A stretch of DNA of 64,000 nucleotides from a virus (Duplodnaviria > Caudoviricetes). A model generated the notes under the pieces. It saw nothing but the letters and a program-made list of their open reading frames with translations. It had not been told where the DNA came from and searched no databases. Position 1 is the first letter of the stretch; the number at the start of each line of letters is the position of its first letter. The translations under genes and the position numbers were made by a program. Where the stretch lies: the IMG/VR virus record IMGVR_UViG_3300028888_000001; one strand, 5' to 3'. Below are positions 40,663 through 50,874 of this stretch, one piece after another.

Positions 40663-40688
40663 CCCCATAGGGAGAAATCCCTATGGGG
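40663..40688 (+). terminator. Hairpin terminator
   Basis: CCCCATAGGGA-GAAA-TCCCTATGGGG. Confidence 0.85.
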
Positions 40689-40798
40689 ATTTATTTTGTT
40701 TAAATTTCATTTTAATTATATACTATAATTATGTAGCCAAAAACAAATTAATTTCTAAAAACTCGATAACTTAAAATTAAACGGGAGGATAAAAAATT

Positions 40799-41290
40799 AT
40801 GGTAGCTAAGAAAGAAATCGATCAGAATATTATAGCCGATCTTGTAAATAAAACTCAGACAGAGTTATCAGCAAGATTAGCAGATAATGAAGAGACTAGA
40901 AAATTATTAAAGCAGATTGATGCTAATAATCTATCAAATCAGGAGATTATAAATTTAGCAATAACCGCTGGTTGTGGTACCGGTATTGGAGCGTTGACTA
41001 AGAAAATAGATGAATATATTAACTCAGATGAGATCCAGGAATACGGATCATATAGAGTTGTAACTCTTAGAGACGTAGTGGATTACGCTAATTATTGCGA
41101 TAATCACAGAGAAGAAATATTAAGAAAGAAATTAAAACTTTATGATGAGCTTGATGAAGAATCCAAGCAGATGGCTTTACAGATTTTTTCGTTAGGACAA
41201 GACGTATTTGCTTCTGAGCTGTACTATAATTTGGCCAGGAACGCATACGCTGTGTCAAAAGAATATATAACAATAAATACTAAAGTATAA
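40799..41290 (+). CDS. Hypothetical protein
   Basis: GGGAGG SD; 163 aa. Confidence 0.7.
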   Translation: MVAKKEIDQNIIADLVNKTQTELSARLADNEETRKLLKQIDANNLSNQEIINLAITAGCGTGIGALTKKIDEYINSDEIQEYGSYRVVTLRDVVDYANYCDNHREEILRKKLKLYDELDEESKQMALQIFSLGQDVFASELYYNLARNAYAVSKEYITINTKV

Positions 41291-41334
41291 TAAAGTTATA
41301 TATTATAAAATAAGAAAGAAAGGAGAAAAATAAA

Positions 41335-42000
41335 GTGGAAGTCTTAGAAATCTGCACCGATGCTAGTTTGAAAACTTTCGAAAGCAGTGGAAGAGTATTC
41401 ACTTGCAGTGGTGCAGTATGTATCAACACAGGCGAAGAAACATATATAGTTTCACAGGATAGCACTAATAACAGAGGTGAACTATTAGGAGTATATATTG
41501 GTATTAAGTTAGCTGAGAAAATATATACAACTAATATAGGCAAATACTCAGCTATTTATCTATACTCAGATTCTCAATTTGCTATATTTGGAATCAGAGA
41601 TTGGATAAATAATTGGTATAGCACAATTGATGCTGAAGGTATAATGTATGGCTCTTCAGGTAAACCCGTTAAGAATCAAGAGCTGTTTAAAATGATAATA
41701 ACGTATTTAGCAACAAAACAACTCACTATACATTTCTTCAATCAGAAAGGCCATGTAAATTTAAATAATCAGAAGCATTTAGCAGCAGCAAATCATCAAT
41801 TTAAAGAAGCTAATGGCTTTTGGTTAAAGCCACAAGATATTTATAAGATTAGTTTTTATAATGATCTTGTAGATAAGAATTCTAGAACAATCTTAAATAA
41901 TATTAACCAAGATGAATATCCAATATTCACTTACTCACCTGGAGTGGAGGAGATGATGATCTATAAAATACCTCCAAATTACAGAAATTACATAAAATAA
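41335..42000 (+). CDS. Ribonuclease H
   Basis: ICTDAS, TNNRGEL, YSDSQ, VKNQEL, QKGH, NDLVD motifs of RNase HI. Confidence 0.85.
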   Translation: MEVLEICTDASLKTFESSGRVFTCSGAVCINTGEETYIVSQDSTNNRGELLGVYIGIKLAEKIYTTNIGKYSAIYLYSDSQFAIFGIRDWINNWYSTIDAEGIMYGSSGKPVKNQELFKMIITYLATKQLTIHFFNQKGHVNLNNQKHLAAANHQFKEANGFWLKPQDIYKISFYNDLVDKNSRTILNNINQDEYPIFTYSPGVEEMMIYKIPPNYRNYIK

Positions 42001-42023
42001 AAGCAGCGGTATAGGGGAGAAAA

Positions 42024-43007
42024 ATGAATGAAATACCATATATGATTAATAATGGCGCATTCGGGACTTTCAATCCGTATGTACAACAACAAATGCCGAT
42101 GGGTAATATGATACCTGTTGGTGCTTATGGATATAATCAACCACAACAACAGAACGATTATGTGTTTAAGCCAGTTGGAGGTGGTTATACTCCAAATCCA
42201 TATCAACAACAAAATTATTATAACCCATTTCCGTATTTTCAACAGGTCCAACAGCAACAATATCCTAATCCATATTCTCAATTTGGATATAACAACTATT
42301 CTCCATTTATGTCTATGCAAAGGCAGCAAGAGCTAATTCAAATGGAGATAGATAAAGAAAAAATGAAAGCTAGATATCGAGCTCATGCTATGGGTATTGA
42401 AGTATCTGAAGAAGAACTCGATATTAGATTCAACCCTAATAACAAAGTAAACGTACAAAAACGAGAGGAGATAGAAAAACAAAGAGACCCTATATGGGAA
42501 GAATTATGCTACATTAATAGTGTATTTTGGACATCTCCATTATTAAGTCCAAAACGCATGAATCAAATGAATTATATCAATAGCTATTATGCTAATTGTC
42601 GTAAAGAGTTTGGTTCTCATAGCATGTTTGAGTTCTTAGAGATAGATCTTCCTAAGCTGTTAAGGGAAGAGTGGATCTCTGAACATATTAAACCAAAACA
42701 GAATAGAAATCTCGGTGCTACTTATAATTCTGAAGCTTATAATGAATTATTAAATATGCATCGTAGCAGTAATCCATACATAAATGAGATTCTAGACCAA
42801 TCTAGATATGATAATAATATAGACGATGCTGAGGTTGGTTTAGCAGAATTATTTGATAGAGAAAGAAGGAAAATAAATCTTCTTACAGGTAAACTACCGA
42901 CGTTTGTAAGCAGCCCAGAAGTTCAAGCGGCAAGAGCTAAGTATACACAAGAGCTAATGGATGCTTTATACAAAAAAGAAAATAAGGTGGTGAATAACAG
43001 TGTCTAG
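42024..43007 (+). CDS. Hypothetical protein with Q/N/Y/P-rich low-complexity N-terminus
   Basis: First ~100 aa dominated by Q, Y, N, P, G, M. Confidence 0.75.
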   Translation: MNEIPYMINNGAFGTFNPYVQQQMPMGNMIPVGAYGYNQPQQQNDYVFKPVGGGYTPNPYQQQNYYNPFPYFQQVQQQQYPNPYSQFGYNNYSPFMSMQRQQELIQMEIDKEKMKARYRAHAMGIEVSEEELDIRFNPNNKVNVQKREEIEKQRDPIWEELCYINSVFWTSPLLSPKRMNQMNYINSYYANCRKEFGSHSMFEFLEIDLPKLLREEWISEHIKPKQNRNLGATYNSEAYNELLNMHRSSNPYINEILDQSRYDNNIDDAEVGLAELFDRERRKINLLTGKLPTFVSSPEVQAARAKYTQELMDALYKKENKVVNNSV

Positions 43008-44916
43008 AACATCTACTATAGAACAGATGACTGTAGGTAAAAGAAAAAATGCTCTAGAGTTTCACTGGGATTCTTTATGGGCACCACCAATAATGTCACT
43101 ATTTACTCCAGAAGATATAAATGAGCTAATATCTATAGCTAAGTCTATTAGATATGCTGGTAATGTATCTAAGAAATACGATTTAATCGATAGTGTAATG
43201 AAAAGACGGGGCTTCAGAAGAGCCCATTGTGGAACTAATAGAATTTGTTATCATTTCTTGGAATCATCTGTATTTGTGGCCAAAGTAGCAGTTGATTCTG
43301 TGGGTATGACAGATAGTCCTGCTGAGTATATCAACCAGGATTTCTTTAAACCATTCTGTTGTAAAATATTTGAAGTTCATCCATCTGGAGTTATAGCATT
43401 CATAGAACGAGTAAATCCGATTTCGTCTATAGAAGAATTTATTTCAGTTAAAGATGATATTTTTAATTTAATGATAACAAAGATAATAGGAAAATATGTT
43501 GTAGATGATCTTGGAGCTAAAAGCTATATGAATTTTGGAGTTAGACAGATGTCTAATGGTGTAAGCTTTGGCCCGGTAATCATAGATTTTCCTTATGTAT
43601 ATGAAACAGATGGAGCAAAATTAACCTGCATGCATGCTATACAAAATATAAATGGATTCTATGAACCATGTGGTGGAGATATAGACTATGATGCAGGATT
43701 TAATAAGCTCTATTGTACCAAATGTGGCCGAGAATATAGAGCTATAGATTTAGCTAAAGCAAAAGACAATAATGAGATCAAATTTGAGTATTCTGATAAA
43801 GATAGGCAATTTGCAGAGAAAATAAGACCTATGATAAGAGCTCAAATAATTGAGTATGACGGTACAGTTGTGTATGATTCAGGGCGTAAATCAAAAAGAT
43901 ATATCTCTAAGGAGGATTTTATAATGAGCACAAATATGCCTGAAGGCAGCATCAAAGTCTCAAAAGTTCATAGACAGAAGAGAGAATCTATCCAAGATGT
44001 GAGGAAAAGATTCTTTTCAGATTTACAGATTCAGTATTATACCAATATGAAAGATAACCAGCCGTTTAATCCTGTAGTTGAACAGCAGGTGGAGAAAGCT
44101 CAAACGGTAAAACCTAATAAGACAGATAATTTCAATGGTGATCCATACGCCATTCAGCATATAGATAATTATCAGGAGATGGAGATTGTTCCAGAATATA
44201 TTCCAAATCCTGCATTTAAAGTAAAGGTTAGGAAAACTCATTTTCCTGATGGAACAACTGTAAGATCTGATGAACAGATTGCAACAGATCTTGATGGTAT
44301 GGAGTCTACTGTATTCCCGGAGATTAATAACGTCGTTTCTGTAGAAGAAGCAGTTGAAGAGCATAAGGAGAGTACAGAGGCTGCTGATTCTGATGGTAAG
44401 CAGGATGCTGAAATGGAGCATCAAGTATTTGCTCAGGAGAGAAAATCTGGTCAGATCATTTCGGATGAAGAATTCGGTATTATGCTTGATGGATATAAGA
44501 AAGGCAACGCAAGTGAAACTGTAGAGGAAGAATCTTCTATAATTGATCCCACGTTGGATACCAATCCATTAAATAATCCGATAATTAGACCATATGGGGA
44601 CGCAACACATTCTGTGTATTATACGCCTCCGAAAGAAAATATTGTTAATCCTATAGATATAGCTGAAGCTATCAGTACTACCGATTCTGATGATGAATCA
44701 GATGATGATAGTGTAAAACCAACTTCAGATATCAAAGAATTATTAAAGGTTACGACAGACAATGAGTATAATCAGCATGCGGAAGAAGAAGAGTCTGAAA
44801 GTGATTATGAGTCTGAGTATGCTCAAGTCGAAGATACGTATGATAGGCAGGAGTTACAGGACTTAGAGAAAACAAATAAGAGGAAAAAGTATGTAACTAA
44901 CAAAAGGAGGCATTAA
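43000..44916 (+). CDS. Protein kinase-like protein with Zn ribbon and acidic tail
   Basis: CGTNR, VAKVA, AEY, DDLG..MNFG, VIIDF arranged as in the kinase fold; CGG..CTKCG; D/E-rich C-terminus. Confidence 0.6.
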   Translation: MSRTSTIEQMTVGKRKNALEFHWDSLWAPPIMSLFTPEDINELISIAKSIRYAGNVSKKYDLIDSVMKRRGFRRAHCGTNRICYHFLESSVFVAKVAVDSVGMTDSPAEYINQDFFKPFCCKIFEVHPSGVIAFIERVNPISSIEEFISVKDDIFNLMITKIIGKYVVDDLGAKSYMNFGVRQMSNGVSFGPVIIDFPYVYETDGAKLTCMHAIQNINGFYEPCGGDIDYDAGFNKLYCTKCGREYRAIDLAKAKDNNEIKFEYSDKDRQFAEKIRPMIRAQIIEYDGTVVYDSGRKSKRYISKEDFIMSTNMPEGSIKVSKVHRQKRESIQDVRKRFFSDLQIQYYTNMKDNQPFNPVVEQQVEKAQTVKPNKTDNFNGDPYAIQHIDNYQEMEIVPEYIPNPAFKVKVRKTHFPDGTTVRSDEQIATDLDGMESTVFPEINNVVSVEEAVEEHKESTEAADSDGKQDAEMEHQVFAQERKSGQIISDEEFGIMLDGYKKGNASETVEEESSIIDPTLDTNPLNNPIIRPYGDATHSVYYTPPKENIVNPIDIAEAISTTDSDDESDDDSVKPTSDIKELLKVTTDNEYNQHAEEEESESDYESEYAQVEDTYDRQELQDLEKTNKRKKYVTNKRRH

Positions 44917-44918
44917 TT

Positions 44919-45569
44919 ATGTTTAATAATCATTCAATGTCTCTAGTGCTAGACCTCGGTGTATTAGGCCAATCATTATATAATAGAGATTTTTTACGGG
45001 TAGCAGCGATAACATCCGGAAGTTATCCAGATTTAGATAATATCTATTATGCTGGTGTATTGATGCCACCAACAGAAATGTTAATGGATTGGGCTGATGG
45101 TAATCAGCAGACGTTAAACGTGCAATACCCGCAGTATCTAATGACAAAAGATTGCGATGATTTTATTATCGCGCTTATAGCAGCAATGACAAAAATGAAT
45201 ATTGTTCTTTATATTCCAGATGAAGAGTTCAGCATATTTGGTCAGCTGTTATTGAATCACATATATTATACATATGGTATTGTCGTTAATACACCAAGTA
45301 CACAGTTTGCTGTTTTGGAGCAGAAAATACCACTAATAATCTCTAAGTTCTTTATGATTGACGTTATGGACCCAGACGTTTATTTATCGCTATATCCGGC
45401 AAATTATATGCTACCAGATTTTGTAATAAATAAACTGGCGGAAGAATTAAATCCATTTAATGGTCAGCCAGCAACGTTTGAGCAGTATAGAGAATATTTC
45501 AATAAATTAAACGCATCTAAAATCGCTCAACAGCCTAAAGTACAACTGATGGAGGTTAAGAAAGAATGA
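44919..45569 (+). CDS. Hypothetical protein
   Basis: AGGAGG SD; weak similarity to the next gene. Confidence 0.75.
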   Translation: MFNNHSMSLVLDLGVLGQSLYNRDFLRVAAITSGSYPDLDNIYYAGVLMPPTEMLMDWADGNQQTLNVQYPQYLMTKDCDDFIIALIAAMTKMNIVLYIPDEEFSIFGQLLLNHIYYTYGIVVNTPSTQFAVLEQKIPLIISKFFMIDVMDPDVYLSLYPANYMLPDFVINKLAEELNPFNGQPATFEQYREYFNKLNASKIAQQPKVQLMEVKKE

Positions 45570-46084
45570 TAGTATTCTTAGACAAGATAGAGCTCTGTCA
45601 GTATATAAAGCAACCATTTATTATATATAATCTATCTTCAATGTATTCTGGGTTTAAAGATGCAACATGCTTGCTAACTAATATGAAGATAGTGAATTAT
45701 ACACAAACTCCAATGTATGAGTACGTGCAGACACCAGAGTTCGATATGCAGTACTATACAGCGATATTTAACAATCCGAAAATGTTTGCTACATTTATGG
45801 ATTTTATATATTGCGATTTCATTGGAATGAACGCTATTCTATTAGTGTATAGAGAATTTTATAGAGACGCAGTTATGGAATCTATACTAAAAATTATGCA
45901 GCAGCGTTATGGGCTTAATGGTTGGGTGGTCGAGACGCCTGAAGATATAGAGTGTTTGAAAAATACCCATTACAATCCAGACGGAATTATGCTGTTACAG
46001 CAAGATATAGAAAAATATACTGAACTCTGTAAAATCAATACTATAGAAAATCCATGCATTGATATAAATACGTGTATAGAGTAG
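45566..46084 (+). CDS. Hypothetical protein
   Basis: ATGA overlap with the upstream gene; GGAGG SD. Confidence 0.75.
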   Translation: MIVFLDKIELCQYIKQPFIIYNLSSMYSGFKDATCLLTNMKIVNYTQTPMYEYVQTPEFDMQYYTAIFNNPKMFATFMDFIYCDFIGMNAILLVYREFYRDAVMESILKIMQQRYGLNGWVVETPEDIECLKNTHYNPDGIMLLQQDIEKYTELCKINTIENPCIDINTCIE

Positions 46085-46093
46085 CGTTAATCA

Positions 46094-46124
46094 AAAATGG
46101 GGGTAATTAAATTACCCCCATTTT
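46094..46124 (+). terminator. Hairpin terminator
   Basis: AAAATGGGGGTAATT-A-AATTACCCCCATTTT. Confidence 0.75.
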
Positions 46125-46150
46125 ATTTTTTCTAAAGGGAGCATACTAAA

Positions 46151-46495
46151 ATGGGTTATAATAGAGACTGGTTATATGATCTTAAGATTGGCGATGCTAA
46201 AATTAAAGATATGATGACCGATAAAGAAAAATACGGAGACTTTATAAACAGTGTAACTACAGATTATATAAATTCTATTAAAGTAGATAAAGACCCAGAT
46301 AAATTCATTGCAAATGTAATTAAAGAATCTATAAGTTGGATATTACAATTAAAATTTATATCTGATATTATCACTTATAGATTTGAAGAAACAGGAGTTG
46401 ATACTAATTACATTAATAATTTTTTATCAGAATCGCTAGATGCATTTAACAATGATTTAATTTCCAAAGGCTTATTAAAAGAGACATCAGAGTAA
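46151..46495 (+). CDS. Hypothetical protein
   Basis: GGGAG SD; 114 aa. Confidence 0.65.
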   Translation: MGYNRDWLYDLKIGDAKIKDMMTDKEKYGDFINSVTTDYINSIKVDKDPDKFIANVIKESISWILQLKFISDIITYRFEETGVDTNYINNFLSESLDAFNNDLISKGLLKETSE

Positions 46496-46518
46496 TTTAT
46501 AAACCGGAGGTAAAAATT

Positions 46519-47217
46519 ATGCTTACTCAGTATGATATAGATTATCTAGCAATACAAATATCTAAAGGTTATAAGCCAAGTATTTATTACGTGGCTAACA
46601 TGATTGAAACTCGTGAAGGGTATTTAGATGAATTGATCTATAAATCTGTACCGAAGTATAAAGCTATAAAAATAAATGTTTCAAAAATAGAAAACGCTTA
46701 TTTCGAACTTTTAAGGTATAGAAATAATCCAGAGAATTATCATGAAGAATCAGAAGAATGCTATTACAGCCCAACTGATAAATATGTACACTATTATATA
46801 GTACCTAACGACGCTGGGACTTTCGATAAACCTTTCAATTCTAGGATGCCAAGTATAATATATGGCACTAAGAAAAAATTATATAGAGCCGGAGAACCAG
46901 ATATAGAACAAGAATTCGTTACAGCCTCACCAGTAAAAGAAATATACACTAATTCTCTTTCACTATATAATTATTCTGAATATGGAGCGGAGAATGCTTA
47001 TCATCGTGGAGATTTAGATTGGAAATATTACACCATTCCAGACGGTGGTTATAGTATGGACGGATCTCTGTACAAGTATATAACTACAGACTATTATATT
47101 TTTGACATTGAAAATTTCCCAAGAACAGAAAAGCCGCTTATAAAAGCTGGTCATAAAACCGCTTACTTTATGACAAATGAAGATGCTCAAAATGCTATAT
47201 TACAGTATGAAGCTTAA
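46519..47217 (+). CDS. Hypothetical protein
   Basis: GGAGG SD; 232 aa. Confidence 0.7.
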   Translation: MLTQYDIDYLAIQISKGYKPSIYYVANMIETREGYLDELIYKSVPKYKAIKINVSKIENAYFELLRYRNNPENYHEESEECYYSPTDKYVHYYIVPNDAGTFDKPFNSRMPSIIYGTKKKLYRAGEPDIEQEFVTASPVKEIYTNSLSLYNYSEYGAENAYHRGDLDWKYYTIPDGGYSMDGSLYKYITTDYYIFDIENFPRTEKPLIKAGHKTAYFMTNEDAQNAILQYEA

Positions 47218-47232
47218 AAGGAGACCTTAGCT

Positions 47233-47766
47233 ATGAATATATCTGCAATTGCAGCTGTAGATAAAAATTTTGGATTGGGGTATCAAAATAAGTTATTGTT
47301 TAGAATCAAACAAGACATGCAATTTTTTAAAGAGACCACAATCGGTAATACAGTAATAATGGGTAGAAAAACATTTGAGTCCATGGGCTCAAAACCTTTA
47401 AAAGATAGAGATAATATAGTTATCACTTCAGATATATCTAAGCATACATTAAAAGATAATTTACGTATAACGTCTATGGACATCGTAGAAAATATGCTAA
47501 AGAACGATAAGAGTAACAAAAGATATTTCATTATAGGTGGAGGTTCCATCTATGAACAGCTATTAAAATATTGTGACAGTTTATATTTAACAGTATTTAA
47601 TAAAGAGTATGATGACGTAGATACTTGGTTTCCAAATCCGCTAAAACATGATTTTCATCAGGCTATGATAATTGAAGCAGACTTTGTAGATTTTGTACCA
47701 TACGTTATTTCATTATGGTTAAGAGGTGATCAATATAGAAACTTTAATAAACAGAGTTTCAATTGA
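47233..47766 (+). CDS. folA: Dihydrofolate reductase
   Basis: IAAVDKNFGLG, DMQFFKETT, VIMGRKTFESM..PLKDRDNIVIT, IIGGGSIY, DTWFP. Confidence 0.93.
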   Translation: MNISAIAAVDKNFGLGYQNKLLFRIKQDMQFFKETTIGNTVIMGRKTFESMGSKPLKDRDNIVITSDISKHTLKDNLRITSMDIVENMLKNDKSNKRYFIIGGGSIYEQLLKYCDSLYLTVFNKEYDDVDTWFPNPLKHDFHQAMIIEADFVDFVPYVISLWLRGDQYRNFNKQSFN

Positions 47767-48088
47767 ATATTATAATACTGAAACTTGTCAGTTCATATCT
47801 TACTATTCTTATGGTAATGGATTTATTGATCCAATAAATAATCAGCACGTTAATGCTAAGACAATAAGTTCATTATTAAAATCAATGAAACATGCTATAG
47901 ATGATAGCGAAAATGATGAATTCTATGAGATAACACAATTGAAGGAGATTTATCGCTGTGAGCTTAATATTAAAACTAACACTGGAGATCGCTTTAGTTT
48001 TTCTACTTATTCGGACAATGAATGTACGGTGATTGTAGATAATAAATCTACGTTTCATGAGCTATGTAATAAATATTTATTAAGCTAG
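47726..48088 (+). CDS. Hypothetical protein
   Basis: 120-aa ORF in an operon; start uncertain. Confidence 0.55.
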   Translation: MINIETLINRVSIEYYNTETCQFISYYSYGNGFIDPINNQHVNAKTISSLLKSMKHAIDDSENDEFYEITQLKEIYRCELNIKTNTGDRFSFSTYSDNECTVIVDNKSTFHELCNKYLLS

Positions 48089-48099
48089 CCCTATAGGAG

Positions 48100-48912
48100 G
48101 TGAATACATTGTCAGAGCTATATAACAAAGTTAATTATTCTTCAGATATATCGTATTTGAATAATGTATTCATCTACGAGCTAGATATATCTAAAGCCAA
48201 TATCAATATACTATATTCTAAAGGTTGTATAGATAAAGAGATATATGATTATTTATACAATGCAGAAAGAATGGTTAGGCAAGTCTTTATAGGTAAACTA
48301 TTGAAAAATAACCCAGAGATAATCAAGCAACTTAAAGATGGTATAATAGAAGCTAAGAAAGCACTATTCGAAGCTAATAATATACAAGATTACGAGGTGC
48401 TAAGTATTAAAAACGATGCTGTGTTTCTAATTAATAGAATACCTAAAGTGAGAGATTTTGGGCTAATTCATTTTGCTGCAAAGAATAAATACACTGGATA
48501 TTATAAGGTCAGGAATCTAGAATTTTACTATTATTATAACTCTATAACCAAAGAAGAATACCTACATATTAAAGGCTTAGGTGATAAAAATTATCCGGCG
48601 CATGAAAAATATTTAATCCAATTCTTTAAAGATCTATTCTATACTATACAATGCAATGGTGTAGAAATAGCTTTAAGATTATTGAAAGATTTTTATATGC
48701 AATATATTTCTTTATCTTTGCCAACTGGATATTATAGAAGATTTGGATTAACTAACGATTATCATTTTAAAATAAACACTGTCGTCGGTTCTGGTTATTA
48801 TATAAACTATATAACTGATGAGATGAAGCCAATGATAGATATAAGCTATAACTTAAATATATTATTAGAAATGCAAAAAATATTAACAGATATGTATTTT
48901 GTAAAGCATTAA
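48100..48912 (+). CDS. Possible stand-alone family-B DNA polymerase palm-like protein
   Basis: YELDISKAN and SIKNDAVF resemble the two catalytic Asp motifs; IKG downstream. Tentative. Confidence 0.45.
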   Translation: MNTLSELYNKVNYSSDISYLNNVFIYELDISKANINILYSKGCIDKEIYDYLYNAERMVRQVFIGKLLKNNPEIIKQLKDGIIEAKKALFEANNIQDYEVLSIKNDAVFLINRIPKVRDFGLIHFAAKNKYTGYYKVRNLEFYYYYNSITKEEYLHIKGLGDKNYPAHEKYLIQFFKDLFYTIQCNGVEIALRLLKDFYMQYISLSLPTGYYRRFGLTNDYHFKINTVVGSGYYINYITDEMKPMIDISYNLNILLEMQKILTDMYFVKH

Positions 48913-48914
48913 TC

Positions 48915-48944
48915 AATCCTAGAGGGAGTAATCCCTCTAGGATT
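48915..48944. terminator. Bidirectional terminator
   Basis: AATCCTAGAGGGA-GTAA-TCCCTCTAGGATT. Confidence 0.85.
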
Positions 48945-48953
48945 TTTATTTCA

Positions 48954-49436
48954 TTATTTATTTTTCTGTACTGCATTCAAAGCAGTGCGTTGATTAGTAT
49001 CTGGACTATTGGTTAGATTAAATTCTAATACATAGTTTAATACTATCATATAAATTCTTCTACCGATGAGTTCTCCTATGAAGCTTTCAGAATATACTAT
49101 AGATAGATTATATAATAAAGTCTCTGATAATCTATCTGGTATTTTTTCTGTTAAATTCTCTACGATCCTGGATTCCATTTCTGAATTTATATAGTAGATA
49201 TTTTTAGGCTGAATATTAAATATGATATATTCATCTAGAGCTTCTTTGATAATATAATCAAGATGACCAACAATTTCAGCTTCATCATATTTAGCTCTAT
49301 ATGATTCGTTTATTTTATAATCTACATAATTATTTAAAATTCTAATTAGCCTAACAACCATTACCGCAAATATGATAGCTAATGGTACCCACACCCATCT
49401 AAATGTAATTAAAGAAAAAATAATATTACTTTTCAT
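48954..49436 (-). CDS. Membrane-anchored hypothetical protein
   Basis: AGGAGG SD; N-terminal TM helix. Confidence 0.7.
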   Translation of the reverse strand: MKSNIIFSLITFRWVWVPLAIIFAVMVVRLIRILNNYVDYKINESYRAKYDEAEIVGHLDYIIKEALDEYIIFNIQPKNIYYINSEMESRIVENLTEKIPDRLSETLLYNLSIVYSESFIGELIGRRIYMIVLNYVLEFNLTNSPDTNQRTALNAVQKNK

Positions 49437-49623
49437 TGCTGCTTATTCCTCCTAAAAGTATTTTTATATAAATGTGATTGAAAAAGTAATAAAATATAGT
49501 AATATATTATATTTATGAAAATAAATATAATATGTAATGTGTGTAGTGTGATTAGAGTTGAATAAATTTTTATTTGAAATGGAGAGCTGCAAAGCTCTCC
49601 ATATTATATATTATATTTATTTT

Positions 49624-50259
49624 TTAATAATTTATAGGACCAGCGTGTTCTTGCCAGTCTAATAGTATCTCTCTTTGTCTTGGGCAATTTAGCCATGTAG
49701 TTTTAAATCCAAATTGTTCTTCCATCTTTAATTGTAATAACCATTTAAATGCTATATCTAACGTAAGTCCATCTCTATACTTCTCTAAAAATAAATATGA
49801 GTTACCATATGCTTGAGAAAGAGAAACAAAAGCTGATGGATCAGCATGTAACGCTTGATGATTGGTTTCTGTTAACATAACTACACTAAGCATATTTAAT
49901 CTATGAGCTTCCTCTAGATCTTCTATAATATCCATAGTGGTTACTTGACCAACAGTATTAAGTCTATGCTCGCATATCATTATAGCTGCCATATTTAATG
50001 TAGGCATAAGATGGTGTAGTTGAATTTCTGTCATCTCGCTATTAACTCCACGCATGAGTTGATCGAAATTCAATCCCTTATTCATTACGTTTGATTTATA
50101 ATCTTTGTAGAAACGTGAACGTCTAAATTGATTTTCAGCAGAATATATAAAATGACTATAGAGTTCTGTATCCATTAAGGTATCTCTAGTTTGCTGAAAC
50201 TGTATAGTCATATAATTATTGGGATCTCCAATAATGGGATTTATATTTAAATTTAGCAT
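49624..50259 (-). CDS. Conserved phage protein, paralog of 38454..39272
   Basis: FRRSRFYKDY, IQLHH, VVMLTETNHQALH. Confidence 0.7.
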   Translation of the reverse strand: MLNLNINPIIGDPNNYMTIQFQQTRDTLMDTELYSHFIYSAENQFRRSRFYKDYKSNVMNKGLNFDQLMRGVNSEMTEIQLHHLMPTLNMAAIMICEHRLNTVGQVTTMDIIEDLEEAHRLNMLSVVMLTETNHQALHADPSAFVSLSQAYGNSYLFLEKYRDGLTLDIAFKWLLQLKMEEQFGFKTTWLNCPRQREILLDWQEHAGPINY

Positions 50260-50379
50260 TAGTATATCACCCCGTTCATTATGACCTTATATTTATTAAT
50301 TTCATGTTTTACATTATTAAGCACATTTAATTAATAAAGGAAACAAATAATTCATTAAGAGGAGGAAATATGATTAAAA

Positions 50380-50763
50380 ATGATTACTGAACTATTATTT
50401 GGAAAGTGGCTAGATGATTTAAACAAGCGCATTAATCGTAGAGTATCGGTTTCAATTAGAGAGCTTGAAATTGCAAAAGATAAAGCAACTGAATCAATCA
50501 CCACGTCAAATACTATTATGCTTCAATCACTCAATTCAGTAAATGAAGCTAAAGCAGATTTAGATACATTATATAATAAATATAATGAATTATTAGATCA
50601 ACGTAAACAAGAAATAGATTTACAAAAACTTTATGTTTATCTTATACCTAAACTATTGGATTCTTCAGGTATTACACTCCCAGAAAATTTTGATATCACA
50701 AATTATGATGATGCACAAAAACTTTATAAACGATTCTACAATGGCGATTTGTCAGATTATTAA
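50380..50763 (+). CDS. Hypothetical coiled-coil protein
   Basis: GAGGAGG SD; 127 aa. Confidence 0.65.
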   Translation: MITELLFGKWLDDLNKRINRRVSVSIRELEIAKDKATESITTSNTIMLQSLNSVNEAKADLDTLYNKYNELLDQRKQEIDLQKLYVYLIPKLLDSSGITLPENFDITNYDDAQKLYKRFYNGDLSDY

Positions 50764-50770
50764 TACATAA

Positions 50771-50795
50771 ACCGGGCTAGTGTATCTAGCCCGGT
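50771..50795 (+). terminator. Hairpin terminator
   Basis: ACCGGGCTAG-TGTAT-CTAGCCCGGT. Confidence 0.75.
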
Positions 50796-50874
50796 AATTT
50801 TACTGCTTCCGCACATTCCTATAATAGCTTTCTATGAAGATATATAATACGGAAGGAGGTTTAATCAAAGTAAT

